The position numbers were made by a program, and so were the translations under genes. A model generated the notes under the pieces. The model did not search any database, was not told where the DNA came from, and saw nothing but the letters and a program-made list of their open reading frames with translations. A stretch of DNA of 64,000 nt from Spirochaetia bacterium. GTDB taxonomy: Bacteria; Spirochaetota; Spirochaetia; UBA9216. Shown here piece by piece: positions 9,314-19,244 of the stretch (within the stretch, counting starts at the first letter, position 1; each line of letters begins with the position of its first letter). The stretch is from positions 832,001 to 896,000 of the forward strand of contig CAXXYH010000004.1 in the NCBI GenBank assembly GCA_963677925.2, given 5' to 3'.

Positions 9314-9523
9314 TTATGGATTCTTGTGCCTGCCGAAAGGCCAGTGAAAATCATGGTCCTTTCCGTTGTTGCCGAATTTATAGGGATTATTACCCTTGAA
9401 GCCAAAGGCATTTCCAATACCATTGTTGCCCGGATTTCCGTTTGATACAACGTGATAGCGTCCGAAAACACCGAACTCCAGTTTTTCACTATGAACAACC
9501 GGTTTTGTATATGTTTTTTTCAT
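9314..9523 (-). CDS. 69-aa putative RiPP precursor peptide (YxKP-type leader, Asn/Gly-rich core)
   Basis: GGAGG RBS 6 nt before ATG 9523; own terminator; sequence MKKTYTKPVVHSEKLEFGVFGRYHVVSNGNPGNNGIGNAFGFKGNNPYKFGNNGKDHDFHWPFGRHKNP. Confidence 0.7.
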   Translation of the reverse strand: MKKTYTKPVVHSEKLEFGVFGRYHVVSNGNPGNNGIGNAFGFKGNNPYKFGNNGKDHDFHWPFGRHKNP

Positions 9524-9743
9524 AAAATTCCTCCAAAAGATATAAAAAGCCAAAATATTTTTATATCAATACTGTTTAATTATACCACTGATTCATATAT
9601 AAACAAGATTTCCGGCAGGCTGAAAAGTATGATTTTAACATAATGATTTATTACTAGTAGTTTAACGCAAAGTATAAAAATGATACCGCTATGTTTTATA
9701 CAGTGCGTTGTTTATATAATTTCCGGCCTGTATAATTGCTTAC

Positions 9744-10934
9744 ATGAATATGACTAACCACCCGTCCGAAAAGCTGTGGACGCGCCAATACAACCTGATA
9801 ATGCTGCTTAACCTCTCATCCTTTATTGTGCATTTTATCCTTCTGGTAGCCATGCCGCTTTACATAAAATCCATCGGCGGCAATAATACAGCTGCCGGGC
9901 TTGCAACGGGTATTTACTCCTTCTCTGCGATGTTAATGCGCCCGGTAATCGGCTATTTTCTTGATAACCACGGCAGAAAGATGATAACTCTACTTGGATT
10001 TATTCCGATGATAGCCGGTGTTATCATGCTCAATTTCACAGATTCGGTTACTCTTAACCTTGTAATAAGATTGATACAGGGTATCGGTTTTTCAATAATC
10101 TCAACCGCTTTTGCTACAATTGTTACCGACCTTGTTCCCAAGTCAAGAATGTCTGAGGGGATCGGCTACTATGCAGTTGTTGTAACTGTATGCAATGCAG
10201 TCGGCCCGCTGATCGGTCTGACAATTCTCGGCGCCTTCGGCTACGACTTTCTTTTTATGATAATTGTACCGTTGAGTTTTGTTTCAGTGATTCTCGCCTT
10301 TTTTCTGAGTAAGGATAAAAGAGAGCTTCATCACGATGATACACCGGTAAAGGGGCTTGCACTTCTTAAAAAAGTATACTCAATCGAACCCAAGGCAATT
10401 CCGGCGTCAATCATGATGGTTCTGGCATCACTTTCCTATGGCGCTCTGATAACCTTTGTTGCCTCTTACGGTTATTCCCTTGGAATTGAAAACATGCAGT
10501 TCTTTTTTGTCATATATCCTGTCATGGTAATTCTATCAAGGCTCTTTGCCGGTAAGGCCGGAGACCGATTTGGTTATCAGGTGGTAATTATTCCGGGGAT
10601 GGTTCTTGCCGTAATTGCCCTGCTGATGATTGCAGGGGCGAAATCAATGTTGGCTTTTTCAATAGCAGCCGCCTTATACGGTGTAGGCTACGGAACTCTT
10701 CAGCCGACGTTCAATGCAATAGCGGTAAAGGATGTTGATCAGAAAAGAAGGGGCGCGGCTAATGCCACCTTCTACATTGCCCTTGATCTGGGAATTGGCG
10801 GAGGTTCGATACTGCTTGGATACATATCAAACTACCTTGGATATTCGGCAATTTATATCATATCCGCAGTATCAGTAGCGCTCAGCCTTGTGATATACCT
10901 GTTCAGCAGATATTTGCGTAATTCTCAAAGTTAA
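9744..10934 (+). CDS. MFS transporter
   Basis: About 12 hydrophobic segments; motif A-like GYFLDNHGRK and GKAGDRFGYQ. Confidence 0.93.
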   Translation: MNMTNHPSEKLWTRQYNLIMLLNLSSFIVHFILLVAMPLYIKSIGGNNTAAGLATGIYSFSAMLMRPVIGYFLDNHGRKMITLLGFIPMIAGVIMLNFTDSVTLNLVIRLIQGIGFSIISTAFATIVTDLVPKSRMSEGIGYYAVVVTVCNAVGPLIGLTILGAFGYDFLFMIIVPLSFVSVILAFFLSKDKRELHHDDTPVKGLALLKKVYSIEPKAIPASIMMVLASLSYGALITFVASYGYSLGIENMQFFFVIYPVMVILSRLFAGKAGDRFGYQVVIIPGMVLAVIALLMIAGAKSMLAFSIAAALYGVGYGTLQPTFNAIAVKDVDQKRRGAANATFYIALDLGIGGGSILLGYISNYLGYSAIYIISAVSVALSLVIYLFSRYLRNSQS

Positions 10935-12261
10935 TCCAGATGTCTCCGAATATTGACTCGGGGACTTCGCCCTTCCTGTAGAACATCAGTTTTCCCTTGT
11001 CCAGTGCCTCCGCTATTTTCTGCCACGCCATTTCAGTCTCGCGTGAACTTACAAATATTGTATGATCGCCGCGCAGTGCGTCCATCAGCAGTTTCTGATA
11101 GGCCTCAGGGATGTCCTCGTCAAAGCTGTCATTGTAGCAGAAAGCCATGTCGGTACGGCTTAACTGGAGTTCCATTCCCGGGTTTTTTCCTGTAAGCTGG
11201 AGGATGATGCCCTCTGAGGGCTGAACCTTGAAGATGATCTCGTTGGCTTCGGTTCCCTCGGGAGGGTTGTAGAGTGCGTGGGGCCGCTTTCTGAACCTCA
11301 GTCCGATTTCAGTCCCCTTTCTGTCCAGGGCCTTGCCTGTCCTGATGTAAACAGGGGTTCCCGCCCAGCGGTGATTGTTTATCTTGAGCTTCATTTCTGC
11401 CCAGGTTTCAGTATTTGACTCCGGATCTACATCCTTCTCTTCAGTGTAGCCGATATACTGGCCCCGTTTGAACTCTTCAATCTCAAGGGATTTAAGGATG
11501 CTGAACTTCTGAATACGGATATCCTCCGGATCGAGGCTGACCGGCGGATCCATGGTGATTAGGCATAACATCTGCAGCAGATGATTCTGAATCATGTCGC
11601 GGATTGAGCCTGATGTATCAAAATACTGACCGCGCTCTTCAACTCCGATCGACTCAAATGCGCTTATCTGGATTGATTCGATGTAATTGCTGTTCCACGA
11701 TGCTTCAAATATTGAGTTTGCAAAACGGAAAATCAGAATGTTCTGGACTGCTTCTTTTGCAAGGTAGTGATCACTACGGAATATCTGGTCTTCAGGATAG
11801 TAGCGGTGAATAGCCTCGTTGAGGGCTCTGGCACTGTCGTAATCGCGTCCGAAGGGTTTTTCTATAACTATACTCACTTCGTCCCGGAAGCCCTCGTTAT
11901 AGAGCTCCTCGATGGTCCCTGCATAACTTTCGGGGGGAAGCGACAGGAATATGATGATGCGTTTAAACTCGCCCTTTGCAAGGGTGTATTCGCGGAGCCC
12001 TTTCAGTCCCTGGTAGTAGAACATCTGTGCTGCAAATTCGTCTGTAACTTCGAAGCGATTGCGAAAGCTTTCATCGGTAAACGCGCTTCTTCCTTCTCCT
12101 ATGATTATCGAATCGCCGCTTATCATGTTCTGTTCACGCAGTGTGGAAAGTGCGGGTATCAGCTTGCGCTTTGCAAGGTCTCCGGATGCCCCGAGGATTA
12201 TTATGGCTGATTTTTCAGCCGGGTTTACTGTTTTTTTTGTGCCTACTTTAGGAAACTTCAT
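10903..12261 (-). CDS. zwf: Glucose-6-phosphate 1-dehydrogenase
   Basis: GASGDLAKRKL, IEKPFG, RSDHYLAKE, RDMIQNHLLQ, EAYQKLLMD. Confidence 0.96.
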   Translation of the reverse strand: MKFPKVGTKKTVNPAEKSAIIILGASGDLAKRKLIPALSTLREQNMISGDSIIIGEGRSAFTDESFRNRFEVTDEFAAQMFYYQGLKGLREYTLAKGEFKRIIIFLSLPPESYAGTIEELYNEGFRDEVSIVIEKPFGRDYDSARALNEAIHRYYPEDQIFRSDHYLAKEAVQNILIFRFANSIFEASWNSNYIESIQISAFESIGVEERGQYFDTSGSIRDMIQNHLLQMLCLITMDPPVSLDPEDIRIQKFSILKSLEIEEFKRGQYIGYTEEKDVDPESNTETWAEMKLKINNHRWAGTPVYIRTGKALDRKGTEIGLRFRKRPHALYNPPEGTEANEIIFKVQPSEGIILQLTGKNPGMELQLSRTDMAFCYNDSFDEDIPEAYQKLLMDALRGDHTIFVSSRETEMAWQKIAEALDKGKLMFYRKGEVPESIFGDIWINFENYANIC

Positions 12262-12989
12262 TTCAGGTAATTCTCCATAAGCTGGTGGTTTATCTTTGAA
12301 GCACAGGCTTCATCTATCAGAAAGCTTGTTTTCATGCCAAGCTCTCCCCGTCTTTTTATTATTCGCACCGGCGGCAGCATGTGATCGAGGTTAAGGATAT
12401 CAGATGCGACTCCCGATTTCTTGTCTCCGGTTATGATGATGACAAGGTCTCCGGCTGATGCTATAACTTCAGGTCCCAATGTAAGCCTTTCAGGCGGATT
12501 GAAGGGAGCCGTTGTCTCGAGAACGAGGGCTTTCCATTCCGGATCCTCGGATTCCGGACATGAGCCGGGGAAGAGGCTTGCCGTATGACCGTCGGGTCCG
12601 ATTCCAAGGAATACGAGGTCAAACATCGGCTTATTCTTCTTAAACCAGTTTGAGACTGTCTTTTCATATTTGACCTTGTCCGATGCAAAGCGTTTCAGAT
12701 CCGCTTCGGTGCCGAACTCCGACATGAAGATCTTCCAGATGGTTCCCCAGTTGCTTGCCGCGTTGTCAAAATCAACAAGTCTTTCATCTGCTGCAAAAAA
12801 GGAGGGCAGATCAAGCTGTTCACCCGCGGCAGCTTTCTGTCTGAAAATTTCTTCCCAGAAAGCGTAGATCTCAGTGTATGTAGAACCGCATGAGAGCGCT
12901 GCTGATTTATCCTGTCCTTTTCCGATAAGCATTCCTGCGGTCTGCTCCGCAATTGAATGCGGATTGTCAAAAACTTTTAATTCTATCAT
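12258..12989 (-). CDS. pgl: 6-phosphogluconolactonase
   Basis: ADERLV...SN and DLVFLGIGPDGHTASLFP; located between gnd and zwf. Confidence 0.92.
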   Translation of the reverse strand: MIELKVFDNPHSIAEQTAGMLIGKGQDKSAALSCGSTYTEIYAFWEEIFRQKAAAGEQLDLPSFFAADERLVDFDNAASNWGTIWKIFMSEFGTEADLKRFASDKVKYEKTVSNWFKKNKPMFDLVFLGIGPDGHTASLFPGSCPESEDPEWKALVLETTAPFNPPERLTLGPEVIASAGDLVIIITGDKKSGVASDILNLDHMLPPVRIIKRRGELGMKTSFLIDEACASKINHQLMENYLK

Positions 12990-13006
12990 TGCAGAATCCT
13001 CCGGAA

Positions 13007-14506
13007 TTAAACGTTGTACGCGGTTGATGAAGCGGTTCCGCCGTGACCGGTCCAGTCTGTATGAAAGAACTCGCCCCTCGGTTTGTCGGTTCTCTCGTAC
13101 ATGTGTCCGCCGAAGTAGTCCCGCTGTGCCTGAATCAGGTTGGCAGGCATCTTTTCGGTCCTGAATCCGTCAAAGTAGGCAAGGGCTGATGAAATTCCGG
13201 GTACCGGGATGCCCCATAAAGCTGCACGGGCTATGGTTCGCCTCCATCCGGGAAGGATTTCCTTCATGGTTTTTACAAACCAGTCATCGAAAAGCAGATG
13301 CTTAAGATTAGTATCCTTTTCAAAGGCTTTCTTGATAGGATTAAGCAGATAGCTTCGGATGATGCATCCTCCCTGCCATATTTCGGCAATTCCTGCCATA
13401 TCGAGTTTCCAGTCATATTCAGCTGATGCTGCCCTGAGCATCGCAAAACCCTGGGCATAAGAGATAATCCGTGAAGCGAGCATCGCATCCTTTATGTCGT
13501 CAAGCATCTGCTGCTGAGTATCACCGCCGGGAACCAACGCTCCTGCGTCAAGCGGGGCTCCCTCGATAATTTTGGAGGCTTCAACACGTGTATCCTTCAC
13601 AGAGGATAGCGCTCTGGCAAAGACTGCCTCGCTTATAACGGTGACAGGCTGACCAAGGTTGAAGCTTTCCTCAACTGTCCATTTGCCCGTACCCTTCTGG
13701 CCGGCTGCGTCGACTATCTTGTCAACAAGCGGTTTGCCGTCTGTGTCTTTGTATGTAAGGATCTTGGCAGTTATTTCATTAAGGAAGCCTGAGAGTTCAG
13801 TATTATTCCATCCCTTAAATACTTCGGCAGCTTCATCTCGGCTTAAGCCGACATCTTCTGCAGGGCACATCAGGTGGAAGGCTTCGGAGATGATCTGCAT
13901 ATCGCCGTATTCAATTCCGTTGTGGACCATCTTTACAAAATGTCCGGATCCGCCGCCGCCTGTCCATCGGCAGCATCTGAAATCCTTTCCGCTGGCATCA
14001 GATGCTTCGGCGCTGATTGAAACAAGAACCTTCTCAAGCAGTTCTTTTGCCTCGGTTCCTCCGCCGGGCATAATGGATGGTCCTCGTCTTGCGCCTTCCT
14101 CTCCGCCTGAAACGCCAACACCGGCATACAGAATGCCCTTTTCGGCCATTTCTGTGATACGGCGTTCGCTGTCTTTGAAGTAGGAATTACCTAGATCTGC
14201 AATAAGATCGCCTTTCTCAAGGTAGGGAAGTATTGATTTAATAACAGCATCGACACTTGCCCCGGCTTTTACCATCAGAAGTATTCGTCTAGGACGGCTG
14301 ATTGATGCGACAAAATCCTTAAGCTCATGAAAGGGAATAATCTTATCAGGTGATTTGCTTGTTTCAAGCCCGTTTTTGACAAAATCATCAGTCTTTTCTA
14401 ATGAGCGGTTGTAAACAGCAACACTGTAGCCATGGTCAGCAAGGTTAAGAACAAGGTTCTGGCCCATTACAGCAAGGCCTATTAATCCGATATCTGCATT
14501 TTTCAT
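13007..14506 (-). CDS. gnd: NADP-dependent 6-phosphogluconate dehydrogenase
   Basis: IGLIGLAVMGQNL, VSGGEEGARRGPS, HFVKMVHNGIEYGDMQ, GQKGTGKW, QAQRDYFGGH. Confidence 0.98.
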   Translation of the reverse strand: MKNADIGLIGLAVMGQNLVLNLADHGYSVAVYNRSLEKTDDFVKNGLETSKSPDKIIPFHELKDFVASISRPRRILLMVKAGASVDAVIKSILPYLEKGDLIADLGNSYFKDSERRITEMAEKGILYAGVGVSGGEEGARRGPSIMPGGGTEAKELLEKVLVSISAEASDASGKDFRCCRWTGGGGSGHFVKMVHNGIEYGDMQIISEAFHLMCPAEDVGLSRDEAAEVFKGWNNTELSGFLNEITAKILTYKDTDGKPLVDKIVDAAGQKGTGKWTVEESFNLGQPVTVISEAVFARALSSVKDTRVEASKIIEGAPLDAGALVPGGDTQQQMLDDIKDAMLASRIISYAQGFAMLRAASAEYDWKLDMAGIAEIWQGGCIIRSYLLNPIKKAFEKDTNLKHLLFDDWFVKTMKEILPGWRRTIARAALWGIPVPGISSALAYFDGFRTEKMPANLIQAQRDYFGGHMYERTDKPRGEFFHTDWTGHGGTASSTAYNV

Positions 14507-14747
14507 GATTTAATTATAGTAAAAATAACCTGAAGAGGAAATCTTTATTTTTACCTCCGTTTTATATGCGCCGCTCATCACATAAATGTATAATTGTTGC
14601 GCCAATAAGTTTATTAAAATATATGGAGGTTTTTAGGGTTTGTCAATATTAGTTGAAATTTAGTATTGGGGACAATCCGGGAAGAAGGTCTCCGGGTTGG
14701 CCGTGTAAGCGGGAAACTGAATAAAAAACTAAAAATTTATACCAAAG

Positions 14748-15068
14748 CTAATCAAGCTTTTGTATGGATATTTCGACATTTGCCGGGAGTGCCAGTGCGC
14801 ATGCAGCTTCAGCTGCTTTAAGAACGGCCGTAGGTACCGGGCAAACAGGATGTGAAAGGGTAGTTTCTGCGGCTTTGAATACGTTTGAGGTTCCGAATGG
14901 GGAAAAGACTTCTTTCATCGCATCAACGGTTTTCACCTGCTCAGCGTATTTTAGCACAGCGGGGCAATCTGATTGTATTGTTACGGTTGCAGTCATCATA
15001 TCTGGTGATTCGGCTCTGATAACTGATTTCAGTCCGCATGCACCTGGGTTTACTTTGGCTTCTATCAT
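14748..15068 (-). CDS. Small conserved Cys-containing protein (DUF6951-like)
   Basis: From ATG 15068 (AGGAG RBS): MIEAKVNPGACG...IQSDCPAV...HPVCPVPTAVLKAAEAACALALP. Confidence 0.75.
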   Translation of the reverse strand: MIEAKVNPGACGLKSVIRAESPDMMTATVTIQSDCPAVLKYAEQVKTVDAMKEVFSPFGTSNVFKAAETTLSHPVCPVPTAVLKAAEAACALALPANVEISIQKLD

Positions 15069-15203
15069 AGTTAGTTGTCTCCTTTTATCCTTTCCTGATG
15101 AGCGGCAGAGCAATAAAATTACATAGATCTGATTTTAATATTTCTACTGTATATGGAAACGGCTATGTAGGATATTTTATCAGGATAGAGGAAATAGGGC
15201 AAT

Positions 15204-15228
15204 AAAAAACGCCTGAAAAATCAGGCGT
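15204..15228 (-). terminator. Intrinsic terminator after the wzz-wza-like operon
   Basis: ACGCCTGA-aaaa-TCAGGCGT preceded by an A tract. Confidence 0.75.
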
Positions 15229-15262
15229 CTGAAAAATCGCTTTAAAAATATTTTAAGTTAAA

Positions 15263-16810
15263 TTATTGTGATGTGTCATAAGTCTGGTTTAGGTACTGTG
15301 ATAATGTAATTATCGTAATAATGAAGCTCAAACCGGTGGTAATCGCTGGGAAATACTGATTAAAGTTATAAAGAAAATCATTTGAAAGAACATTAACTGT
15401 GTCGCCAGGAAGAATTGGATCGTTAATGTCTTTTCGGTTTCCATTTTTATCCATAAGTACAGCTATTCTATTTTTATTTCGAAGCGAGTCGAATCCTCCT
15501 GCAAGATTTACATAATAGGTATAGTCTTCCTCCGGGTTGTATGGGTAGACCCCGGGTATATTTGCCGCTCCTGTTACATATACTTCCGGTCTGTTTACCG
15601 GGATAATTATTCTGTCAAATGGTTTTAATGTAAGATCTCTTGCCATATTGAAATCGTAAATCAAATCCTGCATATCTACGCCGATTATTTCATCACCACG
15701 AATCACAAAGCCATGCTGAAGATCAGCAAATGGAAGAAGCCGATCTTTTATGCTATTTAAAATGTCATAAAGAGTTTCGCCTGATTTTAAAGGTGAAATA
15801 ACCCTATTATAGCCCTGCGTAGCAGTATTTAAATCCTGAATTGTATTCTGCTGCTCGATAATGGTCTGTTCACCGCTTATTCCCCCGTCAATATAAACAA
15901 CCGGCTGCCTGTCTATAACCGTAGGAACAGTAATTATATCTCCATTTTCAAAATTAAAATCTTCTGGCAGGCTACTGAAATTCAGCGTGAATGATTCAGG
16001 TCTTCCTGAGGTGTATCTGTCTATCTTTATTCTGGTTATATCTGCACGCGGTGTAAACCCTCCGGTGTAGTATGTGACTTGCTCTACGTCGTCGGTATCA
16101 AGCAACTGGTAGTTTCCCGGACGATATACTTCACCTGAGATGACTATTTCTCTATGAAGTCTTGATATAATTATCCTGTCACTTGGTTTTACATTAGGGT
16201 TTTCATCAAGTTCTCCATGGTTAAGAGCCTTAAGTATATCAAAAGTCTCAGCTGTTCCATCTCCATGGACTATTTTTATATCTCTGGTTGATGAATAGTC
16301 TGTTAAATTTCCATCAATAACTTCACTTAACCGTGAAAGGCCCCATGCTGTTACAAACCTTGATTCAGGTACTTCACCAAGAACCGGTACCTGAAAAACG
16401 CCTACTGAGGTTATTGTTACTGATGGCAGACTTCGCGGATATGCATCAGCGATTTTTTGCTCGATGATTGGTTTAAGTTGTGGAAAAGTCATTCCTTCTG
16501 CATTGATTTTTCCGAAGATCGTCATGTTAATTGTGTAATCGCTTTCAACTAATAGTGTGTTAGATACGGTATCTCCTGCAAGCAGAAATGTTAGAGTGTA
16601 CACGTCTCCGGGAGTAGCCGGATAACTCCTACTGGAAATAGCAATTTGAAGGTTACTTGCTTCCTCTGTAACAGCCTGTAAGGGAATTACTGCCTGCGGA
16701 AGGTATTGAACATTTGTATTATTTAGTTGATTTTGTCCTGATAGTCCAAAATCCTGAGCAAATGCTGAAAATCCAATTAAAATAAATAATACAAATAAAA
16801 TTTTTTTCAT
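15263..16810 (-). CDS. Polysaccharide export protein with SLBB domains (Wza-like)
   Basis: Signal peptide; YPATPGDVY; repeated SLBB motifs (ISGEVYRPGNY, YVTGAANIPGVY, YVNLAGG, PGDTV). Confidence 0.88.
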   Translation of the reverse strand: MKKILFVLFILIGFSAFAQDFGLSGQNQLNNTNVQYLPQAVIPLQAVTEEASNLQIAISSRSYPATPGDVYTLTFLLAGDTVSNTLLVESDYTINMTIFGKINAEGMTFPQLKPIIEQKIADAYPRSLPSVTITSVGVFQVPVLGEVPESRFVTAWGLSRLSEVIDGNLTDYSSTRDIKIVHGDGTAETFDILKALNHGELDENPNVKPSDRIIISRLHREIVISGEVYRPGNYQLLDTDDVEQVTYYTGGFTPRADITRIKIDRYTSGRPESFTLNFSSLPEDFNFENGDIITVPTVIDRQPVVYIDGGISGEQTIIEQQNTIQDLNTATQGYNRVISPLKSGETLYDILNSIKDRLLPFADLQHGFVIRGDEIIGVDMQDLIYDFNMARDLTLKPFDRIIIPVNRPEVYVTGAANIPGVYPYNPEEDYTYYVNLAGGFDSLRNKNRIAVLMDKNGNRKDINDPILPGDTVNVLSNDFLYNFNQYFPAITTGLSFIITIITLSQYLNQTYDTSQ

Positions 16811-18024
16811 TAAAAGTTAACCTTGTTCATTCGTTTCATCTTATCCGGGTCTTTAATAACACTTAAAAGCATATTTATCAGTAGCGCAAGAACTATACTT
16901 CCGAAAAAAGCACCGGCAGTAACCATCATGCAAAGCCTTCCCCTGGAGGGCCCTACTTTTTCAGTTGGAACTTCAGCAGGTTCAAGAATACTGAAAACCC
17001 CTTCTTCTGCGGCAGCTAGTTTTGTAACCTCATATCGTTCAGATAGCGTCTTATAAAGCTGCATCTGAAGTTCAAGATCTGTTGTCATGTGCGCAAATTG
17101 AAGTGATAGCTGTGGTAACTCTTCGGTTGAAGGCATTTTTCTTCCATCGCTGCTTATATAACCTCTTTCTATTCTTCTGATCTGATTGATAATATTGGAT
17201 TTCTGAGCATTTAACCTCACTAAAGCTGGATCTTCAATCGTTGAATATTCAGAATATTCACCTATTTCCAGCTCGATCTGGTTAAGTCTGGTTCTTAAAT
17301 CAAGTAAAAGTGCTGCCTGAGTTTGTGCTAACTGCTCTATGTCTAGAACGCCATGTTCAATTTGGAATGTTTCTATTTCACTCTCTATTTTTGATATTTC
17401 AATTGATAGTTCACTAAGTTTATCTTCCAGCATCTGGAGTTGGCTTGAACGCATTGAAATCCCTTCTTTCTGAAACCATTCACCCAGCAATTCGACTTCT
17501 GCAGTGACTACCTCTGTTGCAAATTCGGGATCTGTGCTGGTGAATGATATTGAAAAAGTTCCGGTGCTTTGATCATATATATATCTTGAGCCAGAGTATA
17601 TAATACTTCTAAGTAAAGATTTGTTGTTTTTCTCGATTCCAAATCTATTTGGCAGATTAAGGTGTTCTGATACACTGTCTAAAAACGGTCGGCTTTGAAG
17701 CACCTGAAGAGCCATTTGTGAAGGATCTTTAATACTGCCAGCCATAGATGCGTCTACTCCGAACATTGAGAGCATTGAAGACATTCCACCTGCATCGTTA
17801 TTGGATTGAAAAATCAATTTTGCATCAGATCTGTAAGTGTTCGGTAGGGGGCTTCGTTCTGGAGGTAATTTTATAGAAATGATTGAAAAAGTAACTACTG
17901 ATATAGCTGCAACTGTTGTGATTACCATTATAAAGATTTTATACCTTAAAATAATGGATAAATAATGCAGAAATAATTCAACTGCACCTCTTTCTTCAGT
18001 TAATGTACTTTGATTTTTTTCCAT
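16810..18024 (-). CDS. Polysaccharide chain-length determinant (Wzz/GumC-like)
   Basis: N-terminal TM, coiled-coil core, ILEPAEVPTEKVGPSRG followed by a C-terminal TM. Confidence 0.9.
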   Translation of the reverse strand: MEKNQSTLTEERGAVELFLHYLSIILRYKIFIMVITTVAAISVVTFSIISIKLPPERSPLPNTYRSDAKLIFQSNNDAGGMSSMLSMFGVDASMAGSIKDPSQMALQVLQSRPFLDSVSEHLNLPNRFGIEKNNKSLLRSIIYSGSRYIYDQSTGTFSISFTSTDPEFATEVVTAEVELLGEWFQKEGISMRSSQLQMLEDKLSELSIEISKIESEIETFQIEHGVLDIEQLAQTQAALLLDLRTRLNQIELEIGEYSEYSTIEDPALVRLNAQKSNIINQIRRIERGYISSDGRKMPSTEELPQLSLQFAHMTTDLELQMQLYKTLSERYEVTKLAAAEEGVFSILEPAEVPTEKVGPSRGRLCMMVTAGAFFGSIVLALLINMLLSVIKDPDKMKRMNKVNF

Positions 18025-18075
18025 AGGATGATAATATAGTTTATATTTTTTATTGTAAAGACTTATGCATTCAGT

Positions 18076-18747
18076 ATGGAAGAACAGATAACGGATTACA
18101 GCAAAGTAAATATTTTTATTATCAGCTCGCTTACTCTCCAGAGTGAATTCTTTTTATATGTTATTCAGAAAGAAATAGGTGCCAAGTGTACTATATATGA
18201 CAGAGATTTAAACGCTTTTTCTGAAAGTATAAAAAAGGAAGAGATAGATCAAAGCTCGAAGACTTTGATTCTTATTGATAGTGAAGAACAGAGTTTTGAG
18301 GAAATTTTAAAAAATATTGCAACTAACAATAATCTTTCTAAATCTTTAATTGCTCTTTTTAATCTCCATGAAAATGCAAAGGTTGAGAAAAAGGCATTGT
18401 CCAGGCAGATTCGAGGTTTCTTCTATAAGGACGATCAGTTTGAGATCTTTCTGAAAGGGATTAAAGCGATAATTGATGGTGAAATCTGGATATCAAGAAA
18501 AATTCTTCTTGAATATGTCTTTGAGAGTTTTGATGAAAAGAAAGCAATTATTGAGGAAAAGACTTCTTTAACCCCAAGAGAGATTGAGATTTTATCTTTG
18601 ATTAGCATGGGGTCTACAAATGATGAAATTGCAGAAAAGATGTTTATAAGTCCGAATACAGTTAAAACTCATCTTTATAATATATTTAAAAAAATTAATG
18701 TACCGAACAGACTGCAGGCAGCACTCTGGGCTGCCCAAAATTTATAA
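18076..18747 (+). CDS. CsgD/VpsT-like LuxR-family regulator
   Basis: Atypical receiver domain; GEIWISRK; C-terminal LTPREIEIL...IAEKMFISPNTVKTHLYNIFKKINVPNRLQAALWA. Confidence 0.9.
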   Translation: MEEQITDYSKVNIFIISSLTLQSEFFLYVIQKEIGAKCTIYDRDLNAFSESIKKEEIDQSSKTLILIDSEEQSFEEILKNIATNNNLSKSLIALFNLHENAKVEKKALSRQIRGFFYKDDQFEIFLKGIKAIIDGEIWISRKILLEYVFESFDEKKAIIEEKTSLTPREIEILSLISMGSTNDEIAEKMFISPNTVKTHLYNIFKKINVPNRLQAALWAAQNL

Positions 18748-18879
18748 TTCATAAGATAGTATTAGAATAGTACTAGATAATCATTAGATTTTATGGATAT
18801 CTGAAAAATTACGTCTTCAAATATCATACTCTCAGCGTATTTTGTAAAAATCATATTGGGATATAATGACACTTGCGGT

Positions 18880-19218
18880 ATGAATAATAGAGAGAACAGA
18901 AGGGTAGAGCGATATTTATTGCGAGTCCCGGTAAAAATAACTTCAGAAGAATCAGGCTCAAGTATGGATGTTGCTCAAACAAGAGATTTGTCTTCCGGTG
19001 GGGTCTTTATTGAAACCTCTGAACAGATGATATCTCCCGGCAGTAAGGTAAATGTGGAGCTTATTCTTACTGTTGATAAATTAAAAGAGCTTTTTGAGGT
19101 GTCAAATAAAGTGAAGCTTGTAGTTGATGGAATGGTGACAAGAGCTACGGAGCATGGCATGGCAGTAAAATTCTCCAGTAATTATAAAATTAGCCCTATT
19201 GAATTGCTGAATGATTAA
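18880..19218 (+). CDS. PilZ-domain protein
   Basis: RxxxR (RRVERY) and DxSxxG (DLSSGG) c-di-GMP motifs; ATG 18880 chosen over TTG 18856. Confidence 0.9.
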   Translation: MNNRENRRVERYLLRVPVKITSEESGSSMDVAQTRDLSSGGVFIETSEQMISPGSKVNVELILTVDKLKELFEVSNKVKLVVDGMVTRATEHGMAVKFSSNYKISPIELLND

Positions 19219-19244
19219 GTGCCCATGTAAATAAAGGTGGAAAA

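Noticed and set aside
9314-9553. Longer 79-aa version of the peptide ORF (TTG start) and the overlapping 9304-9498 and 9452-9643 ORFs
   Set aside because: The GGAGG RBS points to ATG 9523. The other frames have no RBS or recognisable features.
10903-12261. Zwf motif variant RSDHYLAKE and 32-bp convergent overlap with the MFS gene
   Set aside because: The catalytic Asp/His/Lys are retained, and short tail-to-tail overlaps are common.
224-14183. Many antisense or alternate-frame ORFs over phoB, pst genes, pyrG, the ABC exporter, zwf and gnd
   Set aside because: They are shadows of well-supported genes, with no motifs or RBS.
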